From assembly GCF_016432865.1 (NCBI RefSeq), contig NC_067398.1:654968001-655032000 (forward strand): a stretch of 64,000 bases of DNA. The letters are read 5' to 3'. The notes beneath the pieces are model-generated. The model searched no databases, was not told where the DNA came from, and worked only from the letters and a program-made list of their open reading frames with translations. Position numbers and translations under genes: made by a program. Positions 43,804-56,842 of this stretch are shown in pieces. How positions within the stretch are numbered: position 1 is the first letter of the stretch; every line of letters begins with the position of its first letter. Source of the stretch: Antechinus flavipes (lineage: Eukaryota).

Positions 43804-46800
43804 TGGGGTGGCCGGGTGGGGGCTGGAGTCAGAGGAGTTCGAGGATGCGCCCGATGTGGAGCCCCTGGAGCCCACACTCAGCAACATCATCGAGCAGCGC
43901 AGCCTCAAGTGGATCTTCGTCGGGGGCAAGGGCGGCGTGGGCAAGACCACTTGCAGGTGGGGGCGGGTGGGAAGTACCACTGCGGGAGGGGACGGGCCAC
44001 GGGGATGGAGACCGGTGGGCTGTACCACCGCGATTGGGCCACGGGGGAAGCGGCAGGTGGTGGGAAAGGGGAGAGTCAAACCAAACCGTGGGGGGTGGAG
44101 GGAAGTCACGAATGAATGGGTTGTACCACTCCCTCCCCGCGGCGGTGGGGGGCTTCGGACTGTGCGGGGACTAGACCTGGGGAAAGAGAAAAAAGGGGGC
44201 GGGGAGCTGGAACGGAGCACCCAGCTAGCTGCTGGCCCAAGGCCAGCTTCCTTCCCGAGGCCTGGCGCGGCCCCGAGTTCCTCTATTCCCATTCTTCTAA
44301 CAGCCCCAGGGTGCAGTTTCTCTCTGGGTTCCAGGCATCCTTCCCTGGTGCCCCCTTCCTTCTTCCAGGGACCAGCTCTCCCGCCTTGGGGTCCTGAGCA
44401 TTCTACCCTGGGGTTCACTGTCCCCCACCCTGGGGTCCTAAACACCCTGCCCTGGGGTTCACTGTTCCCCCCTCCGCCCCCCGGTCCTAAACACCCTGTC
44501 CTGGGGTTCACTGTTCCCCCCTCCGCCCCCCGTCCTAAACACCCTGTCCTGGGGTTCACTGTCCCCCCAACACCCTGTCCTGGGGTTCACTGTTCCCCCC
44601 GCCCCCCGGTCTTAAACACCCTGTCCTGGGGTTCACTATCTTCCCCCAACACCCTGTCCTGGGGTTCACTGTTCCCCTCCGCCCCCCGGTCCTAAACACC
44701 CTGTCCTGGGGTTCACTATCCCCCCTACCCCTGGTCCTAACCACCCTGCCCTGGGGTTCACTATCTTCCCCCAACACCCTGCCCTGGGGTTCACTGTTCC
44801 CCCCCGCCCCCCAGTCCTAAACACCTGCCCTGGGGTTCACTGTTCCCCCCTCCGCCCCCCGGTCCTAAACACCCTGTCCTGGGGTTCACTGTCCCCCCAA
44901 CACCCTGCCCTGGGGTTCACTATCCCCCCTACCCCTGGTCCTAACCACCCTGCCCTGGGGTTCACTATCTTCCCCCAACACCCTGCCCTGGGGTTCACTG
45001 TTCCCCCCCGCCCCCCAGTCCTAAACACCTTGCCCTGGGGTTCACTATCCCCACCCTGGGGTCCTAAACACCCTGTCCTGGGGTTCACTGTCCCCCCAAC
45101 ACCCTGTCCTGGGGTTCACTGTTCCCCTCCGCCCCCCGGTCCTAAACACCCTGCCCTGGGGTTCACTATCCCCCCTACCCCTGGTCCTAACCACCCTGCC
45201 CTGGGGTTCACTATCTTCCCCCTAACACCCTGTCCTGGGGTTCACTGTCCCCCCAACACCCTGTCCTGGGGTTCACCATGCCCTCCCCCTCGGAGTCCTG
45301 AACACCCCGTCCTGGCGCCCAGCCTGCTGTCCCCCTTGGGATTCTGAACCTCTCCTTCAAGGACCAGGGCCTCTTCCCTGCCGTCCTGAGCATTCTTTGC
45401 TGGGAATCAGCCTTCCCTGCCTCGGGGGTCTGTACTCCCCCATTTGGCCTCCCTCCCCTTCCCAGGCCCCGGATCTACCTGCCCTAAGGCCCACGGGTCT
45501 TTCCCCTCTGGGCATTTACCTTCTTCCCTCGAGGTCCCTGTCACCTTTCCTATAAATAACCCCTTTGCCCCTGGCCCATGCTTTTCCCCCAGGCCGGGCT
45601 TCCTTTCCTGGAATCATCCCTGTGCATCTATGTACTTTCTCCTATCTGGAGGATCTGTACGCCTGTTTTCTGCCTGTGGCCTGTCCTTTGCTCGAGTGCC
45701 ACGTGCTTTACTCCCTGGTTCTTTGGCTCCCAGAGTCCCAGCCCCTCCCGGGCCCATTCGGGGAGACCTCGGGGTAGGGTCTGAATGCCTTTCCTCCGGG
45801 CCCCCCTTTGGCACTTGTGGGGTCTCTGCCCTCTCCAGAGCTTTGCTTTTCCCTCTGGAGCCTCTTCTTTTCTAGCCTGCTTGGGACCAGAGCTGGGAGA
45901 GGGGGGTGGAGCTCTGCCCCTTCTGCCCCCTCCAGCTGGCTCCCCTGGCTCTCACTCTGCCCAGCTGCAGCCTAGCAGTACAACTGTCCAAGGGGAGAGA
46001 AAGCGTCCTCATCATCTCCACGGACCCCGCCCACAACATCTCTGACGCCTTTGACCAGAAGTTCTCCAAAGTTCCCACCAAAGTGAAGGGTTATGACAAC
46101 CTCTTTGCCATGGTGAGTGCCGGAGAGTCCTTGGGGTTGCTGTGAAAGGCTCATCTGCCTCGTAGACATCGAAGTTGCGATTTAGGGAGAAAAAGCGGAG
46201 GGAGGAGCCTTGGGGTCTGATCTCTGTGGGCCACGGACTCCCTTCCTCTCCCAGGCCCATGTACAAGGGGCACTTGGCTGGATGATTTCTGAGCCTGCTT
46301 TCTGATAGTCTGTGACTTAGGTGACAGGATGCTGCTTGTCTCAGTGCTGGCTCAGGAAGAGGCAAGGGAGAAAAAGATTAGGAGCTCAGGGCTTCTAAAG
46401 TCAAACCATTGTCTCCCCAAGTAAATTGGGCCTCCTACTGCCAGACTGAAACTCCCTGCATTCTCTGATTCTCCACTATCACTTTCCATTGTTGATTCTT
46501 TATCCTGAAATGACCTTTCCTTACCAAGTCAGCACCTTAGCTCAAACCATGCCAGCACTACTGCAGTAGCATCCTCACGGGCATCTTCCTCTCCTAGCCC
46601 ATCCCACCAAATACGGATCTCCCCCAAACTAGCCCTGATCACATTTTCCCCTGCCCAAACCCCCTCCCCCCGCATAGATTCCCCTGGCCAGCTGGGCTTC
46701 CCCCCCTCCAACAGTTATCCTCTTCCTTGAGTTTGAGGGTCTTGACTCCCTTGTGCCCTGCCCAGCCTCTCTTCCGGGGCCCTTTGAAGACAGAATGAGA

Positions 46801-49800
46801 TGCTGTGCCTGTGAAGGAGTTTTGTAACAGTGCAGAGCTCTGGGGAGGGGAGGCCAGGGACCTAGGTCATCCCTCCCTCTCTCCCCACCTTCAAGGCTCC
46901 CTCTAGCCAGGTTGTTTCATGCTATTAGAGGTAAGAGACTGCAGGGCAGTAGCAAAGACTATGGGTCCCATGGGCAGATTCTCGAGTTTTTGCGCTAGAA
47001 AAGACCTCAGAATCAAATATATTTTGTAAATAAAGTGAGATGAGAATGATTTATAATGACCAAGGTCATTCCCAAATAACAAAGCCAGGGCCGCACAGCC
47101 AGCATTTTTACCCAGAGATGGACACAGGACAGGGATTTTTCATATGAAGAAAGTGAAACATTTAATGATTTGTCTTAGATTAAACATGTGATAAATGATA
47201 AATCAGAATTCTTAAACTTTGGAGTTGGAAGCGACCAGAGATAATTTAGTCCAGCCCCCTCCCTTCTCCCAATATCTCAACTTCTGCTTCTCCCCCATCC
47301 TGCTATCCAGACTATTTCTGCCACACCCAACCCCAACTCCCCTCCTCTCTCCTACCTGATATCTCACCTTACCTCTCCCTAGGCTAATATCTACCCTGCC
47401 CTCCTCATAGTCTGACTCTACTCAGATTGACCTCTGGGGCCTAGAATCTCATTGTCATATTTATTTCTTCCCTTACCTGTACCTCAGGAGAACTTTCCTA
47501 TAGGAGGCAACTTCCTAACCCAACCCTTTCCTGCCACTGAGAAAGCCAAGTTTGGGTCATAAAGTTTTTCCTATATGGATTTTTGAGTCAGCGCCACACC
47601 TAAACCAGTGATGTCAAATTCTTTTAAAAATGTTTTTAAGCTTTAAACTCCATTTTTCATATGAAGAAATTGAAACATTTAGTCATTTGTTTTAGGTAAC
47701 ATAGGTGGTAAATGATAAACCAGAATTCTTAAACTTTCAGAGTTGAAAGGGACCAGAGAGATAATTTAGTCCAGCCCCCTCCCTTCTCCCAATCTTTCTT
47801 CTCCCCCATCCTGCTGTCCAGACTCTTTCTGCCACACCCAACCCCAGCTCCCCTCCTCTCCCCCACCTGATATCCCACCTCACCTCTCTCTAGGCTGATA
47901 GCTGCTCTGCCCACTTGATAACTGACTCTTCTCGGACTGACCTCTGGAGCCTAGAATCTCTCTGTTGTATTATATTTCTTCCCTCACCTGCACCTCAGGA
48001 GACTTTTCCCATATGAGGCGACTTCTTAATCCAATCCCTTATTGCCACTGAGAAAGCCAAGTTTAGGTCATACAGTTTTTTCTATGTGGATTTTGAGTTA
48101 GACCCATGCCTAAACCAGTGATGTCAAATTTTTTTTTAAGCCTTTTGTTTTCAAAACATATGCATAGATAATTTTCAACATTTACTCTTGCAAAATCTTG
48201 TGTGTCCCCTCTCTTCCCACCCTCCCCCAATCCCTTAGACAGTAAATAATCCAATATATGTTTAGCATGTGCAATTCTTCTACAAATGTCCACAATTATA
48301 TTGCACCAAAAAAAAAATCAAAATGAAAAATATGAGAAAGAAAACAAAATGCAAGCAAACAACAGTAACAAAAAAAAAGTGAAAATACTATGTTGTGATC
48401 CACATGTGGCTCCCACAATCCCCTTTCTGGATGCAGAGAGCTCTCTTCATCACAAGACCATTGTCAAATTCAACTAGGAAAGAGTGCCACCAATCTGTAC
48501 AAAAGAATCCCTATGGGTTGTATATTAACTTAGTTTTAAAATGTAATATTATCTGTATTTTATTGTATTTTTATTTTGTTAAATATTTCCAAATGACTTT
48601 TCATTCTGACTTGAATCACAGTTGGGAATGTGCCCTAGCCCTTCCTTTCCCTTCCCTTTTTCAGAAGGCCTACCTTAGCCATAGTACCTTTTCTCTTGGA
48701 ATAGTTTTCCTGTGTCCCTGGCCCAGTCCTGGGCTGAGAAGGCAGCTTTTTGTTGCAGGATAAAGATCTCACTTGGGGAGCAGAGAAATCCCTGCTCTAA
48801 CTGAGTGAAGCTGAGATCAGTCACTTACTCCTTGAGTCTCACTGTCAGCATCTCCTTTATAGGGCTCTTCTGAAGCAAATCATAGCTCTAAAGCTGGTTA
48901 TTGAGTCCATCTGTCCTCATTTTACAGAGAGGGACGTGGAGCTCCGTCTCAGTGACCTGTGTCGTCCACAGCAGCAGTGTGGATAGGGCCAGGATTTGAC
49001 CTCAGACTTAATGCTGGGTGATTTTGCCCCTTCAAGAGCCAGGTGAGATCGTGGGGGTCGGATGTTCACTCAAAGGTTATTTTATTATTCCCCGTGGCTT
49101 CTGCAGGAGATTGACCCCAGCCTGGGTGTGGCCGAACTTCCTGATGAGTTCTTTGAGGAAGACAATATGTTGAGCATGGGCAAGAAGATGATGCAGGAGG
49201 CCATGAGCGCCTTTCCCGGCATTGATGAGGCCATGAGCTATGCCGAGGTCATGAGGTGAGTGAGTTGGGCGGCAGGGCCAGCCGGGGGGCCAGGGCAGCT
49301 CCAGCTAGCTGCCTCATGTGGCTGCTCTCAACAGGCTGGTCAAAGGAATGAATTTCTCGGTGGTCGTGTTTGACACAGCCCCCACTGGGCACACTCTTCG
49401 GTTGCTCAATTTCCCAACCATTGTTGAGCGGGGCCTGGGTCGCCTCATGCAGATCAAGAATCAAATCAGCCCCTTCATCTCACAGGTAGGGAGGAAGCTC
49501 ATCATCTGGGATGGAAGCAGGGTGGAGCGGAGGGAGGGAGAGAGGAGCCTGGAGGAGGTTGTGGCTCTGGGCAGGCCCTGGGTGGAGAGTGGAGGGAGAT
49601 GGGTAGCAGGCGAGGAAGTGCCCTCTTCTCCCTCCCTCCCTAGATGTGCAACATGCTGGGCCTGGGTGACATGAATGCTGACCAGCTGGCCTCCAAGCTG
49701 GAAGAAACCCTACCTGTTATCCGGTCTGTCAGCGAGCAGTTCAAGGATCCGGTGAGGAAGGCAAAAATCCTACCCCCCAGAGCCCTGAGACAGCTGTAGC

Positions 49801-51414
49801 AGTACCTGCCCGGCACTATTAAGTGCTTCAGGCTTTGAACTTTAGGCTTTTGATCTAATGATCTCCCCAGGGAGACAGTGGGGTCCAAAGGAAAGGACCT
49901 TGGTTGTGGAGTCTCAGAATCCAGATTCCAGCCCTGCTTCTGCTGCTTAGTACTTGGGTGACCCTGGGACCCGGACCTCCGCTTCCTCTTTTGTAAAATG
50001 AGCCCTAAGGCCCCTGCAGCACTGGAGCTCTCTAGGAGCCTGGAATCTGTTCAATTCAGCAAGTGACTTATTAAACATTGAATGTATTAGGTGCCAGAGA
50101 AAAGGGAGCGGTGACACCGACCCTGCCCTCAAATTGTGTGCAGTCTAATAATCAAGGGGACTCAGCTGGTACTTAACAGATACATTGGGGCCAAAGCCCT
50201 CTAGAAGAATTTGAGGAGAGAGAAATTGAAGTTGTTGGCTCAGGACGAGCTTCATGACACAAATGGCACCTGAGTTGTTCTTGAAGGAAGATCAATCAAA
50301 ATTGAGATGAAGGGGGAGGCCTTCCAGCCACCATTGAGGCAGCCTGTTCCTAAGAGGCAGGAGATTGAGTTTGGAGGCTGCCCTTCCCACCAATATGTGA
50401 TCTTGGTCCAATCACTTCGTTGCTCCCACTTGGCTTTCTTGTCTTTGCAGTGAGAGGTGACATGCAACATATCAGTCCCTGAATCTGTGATTGTCTGACT
50501 AGGTGTTCTTCATGAGCCTAGAATATTAATCTTTGAGCATTATTCCACATTTCTTGAACTTACAGGCTAACTTGCATTGATAGAGGGACCTCCTTATAGG
50601 TAGGAAGTCCTAACCCCGGTCCCTTTCCCTGTCCCCATCTTTAATTATTTACTGTGTGCAGAATGCTGGGCTGAATCTTGGCCAGTTTGAAAAATCTTTT
50701 AAGTTCAGGGGCTTCTAAGGAGGAAACACGGAGAAGAATAGGAGAATTTGGAACTCAGAATTTTAAAAAATTGTTAAAGTTTGTTTTTACATATAATTGG
50801 TTATGGATGTGGGTGGATGAGTGTGTGGGTGTGTAAAATGTGGATCCTAAGAGAAAAAAACCCACAAGGTTTTTTGTGGAAATTGTGGAAATGACACAAA
50901 ATTTCCTTTGTTTTTCTCCTCCCCACTCCAACCCCAGGAACAGACAACCTTCATTTGTGTCTGCATTGCTGAGTTCCTGTCACTGTATGAGACTGAAAGG
51001 CTCATCCAAGAGCTGGCCAAGTGCAAGATAGACACCCACAACATAATCGTCAACCAGCTGGTATTCCCCGAGCCCGAGAAGCCCTGCAAGATGTGCGAGG
51101 CCCGGCACAAGATACAGTCCAAATACCTCGACCAGGTGGGTCTGCCCCAATGTCTCTCCCCTGCCCTCGCTCCCAGTCACTGACCTGGGACCCCTTCCGA
51201 CCTCACCACCCTCACTTACCCAGGGGCTGACCCCCTGACCTCCCCAGGGTTGAGCTCTGACCTCGCCATGTGGCCCCCTCAGATGGAAGACCTCTATGAA
51301 GACTTCCACATTGTGAAGCTGCCGCTGCTGCCCCATGAAGTTCGAGGGGCTGACAAGGTCAACACTTTCTCCAGCCTCCTGTTGGAACCCTACAAACCAC
51401 CCAGCGCTCAATAG
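43796..51414 (+). CDS. GET3: ATPase GET3 / ASNA1 / TRC40, 7 exons, 348 aa
   Basis: Exons 43796-43956, 45965-46112, 49107-49255, 49335-49485, 49644-49751, 50938-51135, 51283-51414 (1047 nt). P-loop [23 protein letters not shown] and CKMC motifs; ends PYKPPSAQ*. Confidence 0.98.
44400..45300. repeat. Complex VNTR/minisatellite in GET3 intron 1
   Basis: About 22 copies of the core accctg(t/c)cctggggttcact, with about 5 spacer types giving units of roughly 29-50 bp. Confidence 0.95.
47136..48140. repeat. Old tandem duplication (period about 517 bp) in GET3 intron 2
   Basis: 47136-47640 and 47653-48140 align end to end (ttttcatatgaagaaa ... aaaccagtgatgtcaaatt), about 80% identical by eye. Confidence 0.9.
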
Positions 51415-51794
51415 CCCCGAAAGACCGCTTGTCCACCCTTGACCCCAGCTCCTCCTGGCATTTCCCTGGAACTCTCCTCTGCCCTAGGGCAGTTTGCACA
51501 GACGTTCCTGATGTCCCACAGGGGAAGCTGCTGGTTTTGAGGGAGGAAAGGAGGATAGGGGCAGGGAAAGGAAGGTATTTATTTCTCCTTGGGGGCAGGA
51601 GTGGAACTGAGTAGGGCCAATTAGGGAATGGGGGGAAATACAAATTCAGCTAGCCTGCCTCTGTCTCTGAGGTTCCAGGCTGCAGTCTGTCTGCTGAGGA
51701 CCCTGCTGCCTGGCACCCAGACACTGACTCTGAGCAACCTTGTTCCCTCCCTGCCCCCCTCCCTCCAGTCCAATAACTTCTCTCCCCCATCCCC

Positions 51795-51800
51795 AATAAA
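51795..51800 (+). terminator. GET3: GET3 poly(A) signal
   Basis: AATAAA about 380 nt after the stop codon, followed by GU-rich ctgtttggttgg. Confidence 0.8.
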
Positions 51801-54274
51801 TATGATCTCTAATAACCGTGGCTGAGCTGTTTGGTTGGAGAGGCTGGGGGGTGGGTGGGGGTGGGGTGAGAATAGAGACAGAGGTCCGGTAAATGGGCAC
51901 ACTTGACCGAAGGCTGTCTGCTACGGAGTAGGAGGTGACACAGTTGGAAGAGCAGAATACCAGCCCTGCAGAGGAGGCCCAAATCTGAGTGCTGGCTGTG
52001 GGTGCTGAGAGCAGTCACCTCAAGCCTCAGTTTCCTCATTTGCAAACAGAACGGGCACTTTACAGACATCTGACTCCCAGCACTCCTGTGATGTTACTCC
52101 CTTTTTACAGAGAGAGGCTGAATGGCAGAGTTTGAGCCCAGGTGCTCCTGGCTCTCGTCACTACTGTCAGCCCCCCGCGCCCCTTCTGATAATACTCTGC
52201 AAGGGTTCTTGGGAGGAAAGCACAACGTGAATCCTAAGATGCCTCCCTTAAAAACGATGATGCCAGAAGGTCTGTGAATGGGCTCCCGAATGGAGATAGG
52301 AAGAGGTGGTGATTGTTAGTTCAAAATAAGGAGTGGTAGCTATGAGAATGGAAAGGGACAGATGACACAGTCAGTGGGAAAAATTGGGCCTCAGCCCCTT
52401 AGCTGGGCAGGGCAGGCTACAATGTTCCCAGCCCCTCCCTGGCACAGGACCTGCCTTGTCCCTGGGAATCGAAAATCAGAACAGGGAAACCCTCCCCCTT
52501 CCTCCAGCATCTTTGGCTGGGAACCAACTTATTTTTGATGCCCCCTGCCTGCCTCCTCTCCCCCTACACACACACTCCTTCCAACCTGAACATGAGAAAG
52601 GTCAAGGGGCCTGGGAATGGGGTGGCCGTTTCCCTAGGCCATGAGTACAGGGATAGTTGAGCACGGCAGGACACGGGAGCAGGATTAGCTGGCCCTGCTG
52701 GGGGCCAGGCAGTGCCAGCTGTTTGGTTAGGGAATTAACAGCCGCCTGAGGTGAGGGCTGGCCCCACCTTTCTTGGAAGGGGAAATTGGACCCTGGTCTC
52801 AGCCAGGGGATTAGCAGCTGTGGTATGCCCTTCACCCCCCTCCGCCTTGAAACCCAAGTCTGGAGATGTACCTACCTAGTTCTGTCTACACCTGAGCCAA
52901 GCAGCTTCTGCTTCAGGGCAGAACACTGCCTGCCCGAGACAGGTTTGATGTCCCAGTCTCACAGAGAAAGAGGGAGAGAGCTCTCCATGAGCTGGGGACC
53001 AGCTTATTCCACAAATAAGTCCAGACAGAGGAATCAATGGGAGAAGGACCCCAGCAGCCCCTCTGTGCCCTCAACCTCTGCTTCCTAACTTGAAGCGCGG
53101 AGGGATGGGGATGGTAAGACTCTCAGATCCCAGGAGTCTTGGAATCCCTCAGGGAAGAAATGTCAAGTGGCCCACCTTTAACTGTAGCTCACAGTGGTTT
53201 CCTTTAGTCTCCTGGACCCCTATAAAGTGATGTCCGGTGAAAAGGATGGCCTAGCCAGGGGCTAATACACCACACAGCCGTGTGCATCACTTGCTTTTTG
53301 TGCAAGCCTTTTATTCTTTAACCGGAGCAGGCCAAGAGCAGGTTATTGACTTTGGAACACAAGGTTAAAGCCTTGTGATAGGCCTCAGACCAGAATCTAG
53401 CAGTTTGACTCCGGAGCAGGGCTGGGGAAGATTGGGGGGAGGAGGGTCTGTGCCACTGTCTGGAACACTCTGTCTGCCCCAGCAGGGGTGACCCATAGTT
53501 GGCCCGTTGGTCAGCCCAGGTTGCGAGAAGGAGGAACAGCCTTTCTTAAAGGGCTCCTCCCTCGTTTATGTCCCGAAGCGCAGCTGGCCAAGCATCCCAG
53601 CCCCACGCCCCCGCCCAGCCGAGCTCCACCCCAGAGCTGCAGCAGCTGGACAGTGGGAGACGGGCGCGTTTATGGACCGGCCTGCACCTTGCGGGAGCTC
53701 CGCCACTTTACAAGGAGCCTCAGCTGGATCATTCTGGCTCCTCGATTGCCCCCCACCACATGGCATGGGCGGTGCCTTCCCCCTCACACGCACACCCTCG
53801 TGATTCCAGGATGGGGCAGCACACCCTGATTCCAGAACAGGACGTCTCGTCCGGCCGGGCTCCGAGCCGCTCACCTGAGGGAGGGATGCTGTGCGGGGTG
53901 CCATCCTCACCCTGACCCAGAGCTCTCACTAGCAGGAGAAGGGCGGGGCCGACCGGGGATTTCACTGTTGAGAGCTTCCCGGAGAGAGCAGCCCCGCTCC
54001 CAACGCCGGCCCGCACCTCCTCCACCTCAAATTTAGCTTTGCCGGGAAACGAGAGGCTGTGATTTGTCCAGAGTCCCGCAGCCGCTACGGCCCAGGCAGG
54101 GCCGAGCTTCGAGGTGGGCTAGCCAGTGTGTGCGCACCCGCCACCCCCGTCCCTCTCACCTCTTCCCCCCTGTACTCGAATACAATTCTGCTTGTTACCC
54201 ACTTTATCGGAAGGAAGACCGAGGGGTCGTGAGGGAAGCCGGGTAAAGTTAGATTGGGTGGGGGAAGAGAAGGG

Positions 54275-54655
54275 GAGAGAGGGAGAGAGAGACAGACAGA
54301 CAGACAGAGGCAGANNNNNNNNNNNNNNNNNNNNNNNNNNNNNNNNNNNNNNNNNNNNNNNNNNNNNNNNNNNNNNNNNNNNNNNNNNNNNNNNNNNNNN
54401 NNNNNNNNNNNNNNNNNNNNNNNNNNNNNNNNNNNNNNNNNNNNNNNNNNNNNNNNNNNNNNNNNNNNNNNNNNNNNNNNNNNNNNNNNNNNNNNNNNNN
54501 NNNNNNGAGAGAGACAGACAGACAGAGGCAGAGAGAGAGAGACAGAGACAGAGAGGAGAGAGAGAGACAGAGAGCGGAGAGAGAGACAGAGACAGAGAGA
54601 GACAGAGAGACAGACACGAGACACGAGAGACAGAGAGGGAGAGGGGATAGAAAAA
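54275..54655. repeat. (GA/GACA)n microsatellite spanning an assembly gap
   Basis: Purine-rich GAGA/GACA repeats on both sides of 192 N (54315-54506). Confidence 0.9.
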
Positions 54656-55136
54656 GAGCGCGCGAGTGTGTGTGTATGCGCGCGGTGTGTACGCGCTCGA
54701 GCGCGGTTATCTACAGCATTGTGATTTTCTGTGTCCGCAGGTGGGGAGGAACTGGAACGCAGCGGTAACTGCGAGGACGCTTCAGCCCCTTTCTTTCCTT
54801 GGATGACCTGATCTAAAAAGGAGAGAGGGGAGTGGGGGGAGCGGGGGACTGCGGCTAATAATCCCCAGGCTCCTGCAGCAGCTGGGGCACTAGTCGGGGG
54901 TCCGCCCATAAATTACCTTCCGTACCCCCTTTTAGAACTGGTTGCAAAAGAGGTACCACGGCCGGACTGGGGTGCGCGGGAACAAGAGACTTCTCCAAAA
55001 GAATGCCAAAAGTAAAGACTGTCAGTGACTTCACAACCAGGAGAGGGGCGGACGGAAGGGGTTATTGAGGGTTCAAGGCCCGGTACTGGGCTGGGGGGAA
55101 GGGGAGAGGGAGGAGGCTAGGAAGATAGTGTCATTG

Positions 55137-55137
<1 letters not shown>

Positions 55138-55198
<61 letters not shown>

Positions 55199-55199
55199 G
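55138..55199. repeat. (GT)n(GC)4(GT)n microsatellite
   Basis: Uninterrupted alternating purine-pyrimidine tract. Confidence 0.95.
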
Positions 55200-56842
55200 G
55201 TGTGCTTCCCCTCCCCCATAACCATGGGGCGGGGCGGGGCGGGGCTGGTGGTACAGGGAGGAGCCCCCCTCACTCTCTCCAACCCCCAGCCTGGGGCACA
55301 GCCCCTGTCCCGAGCTGCTTCTGTCTCCTAGCTCAGCTCCCTGCCGCTCTTGTGACTACTGGTGAGCTGGGGTGCAGACTCGGGGGCTTCGGAATAAGAG
55401 GGCAGGGGGACGCTGGGAGCTGGAGATCCCGGGAGGCTTCACCTGAGGCTGATATTTTACAGGTTATAGGATTCAGTCTAGTAAATTACAGACTAGGGTG
55501 TCGGATATCCATTAGCTATCTCATCTATCACCCCGTAAGACCGGGGAAACAGGCTTCAATGGGGGGTCAGAGCGACCTGGGACTATTGATTGGGAATTGA
55601 AAAGGCTTTTGAAGTCTTCTGGTCCAATCCTCTCGCTTTAAAGAGTAGACTGAGCGCAGGAGGATAAATGACTTCTTCAATGTCATGCAGGTTAAGTAAG
55701 TGTCAGAATCGGGATTAGAATTCAGGTCCTCTGACACCAAATTCCGGACTCTCCGCTGCGTCGCGCTCGCTCCCTGGGCAAGTTTGAGGAGAGCCGGTTC
55801 TGTAACTCAGTTCTCCTTGACTTGGACGTTCTCCTGGGTACGCTGGCTTTCAGAGACTCGTGGCAATCGGTGAATGACTGAGGTGGGGTCGCAGAAGGGG
55901 GGACCGAGGTGGCCTGAAAACGGGAACCCAGAAGAAGAAATGGGACTCGGAAACCGAAGAGGGGGAGGGATACCTGGGAGTGAAGAACGAGGACGAGGCA
56001 GGAAAACCTAGACTGGGGGGGTGGGGGAGGTGAGGGGCAGGAAGAGAATAAATTCCGGAGAACTAGAAGGTTTTGACCGGGGACTGGACATGGAAAGTCC
56101 AAATTCTAATCAACGAGTGAACAAGCGCTTGTTACTAAGCCACAGTATCAGGCTAAGCGTTGGGATACAAAGAAAAGTAAAAAAAAAAAAACAAAAAACA
56201 ACAAACTCCTGTCCTCAAGTAACTTACAGTCAAATGGAGGGAGACCACATTAATCAAATATGTACAAACAAGATCTATAAAAGATAAACTGGAGAAAAAT
56301 CGATTGAGAGAAAGCAGTAAATTGAAGTTGGGGGAAGCGGACTCGAGAAAGGCCATCTTGCAGAAGGCAGGATTTTTTTTAGCTGAAACCAGAGAAAATA
56401 GAGAAGATGAGGAGGGAGAGAGTTCCGGGCATCGGGGACAGCAGAAAATACCCCGAGAGGGGGAATGTCTAGTGGTGGGGGCGACACAGCAAGTTTCATT
56501 GTGGCTTGGAAAGCCGAGAACAGGGAATGAGGACGAGATACGGAGACGCTGGCACTGAGGATCAGCCCCGGGGCCAGAAAAGATCGGGGTTCGAAGGATG
56601 TGCACCCGAATGACAGGAGATCGGGACGGCCCCGGCCAGGACCGGCTGGGGACTGTCTTTCTCTTTCTTGGCTCAGGTGGGATTCAGGAGACCTACTCCT
56701 GGGGCGCTGAAAGATCAGCAGAGGCAACCCCGACTGTGGCGGGCAGCGCTGGGGAAGAGTTCTGGGACCTGGGTGACCTGTTCAGCAGAGTGACTCTCAC
56801 CCGCTCCTTCGCTCGGCCCTCAGCCCCAGCCCGACCCCCGGC

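Noticed and set aside
43796-44695. 299-aa ORF starting at the GET3 ATG, and the antisense 277-aa ORF
   Set aside because: Read-through of exon 1 into a stop-poor GC-rich intron and VNTR. The real exon ends at 43956.
44400-45300. CRISPR-like array (constant core with variable spacers)
   Set aside because: Mammalian intron; the spacers are low-complexity variants of each other and there are no cas genes. It is a minisatellite.
53568-53915. 115-aa ORF and overlapping ORFs upstream of BEST2
   Set aside because: No recognisable homology, and ORFs occur in several frames at once, as is typical of GC-rich regulatory DNA.
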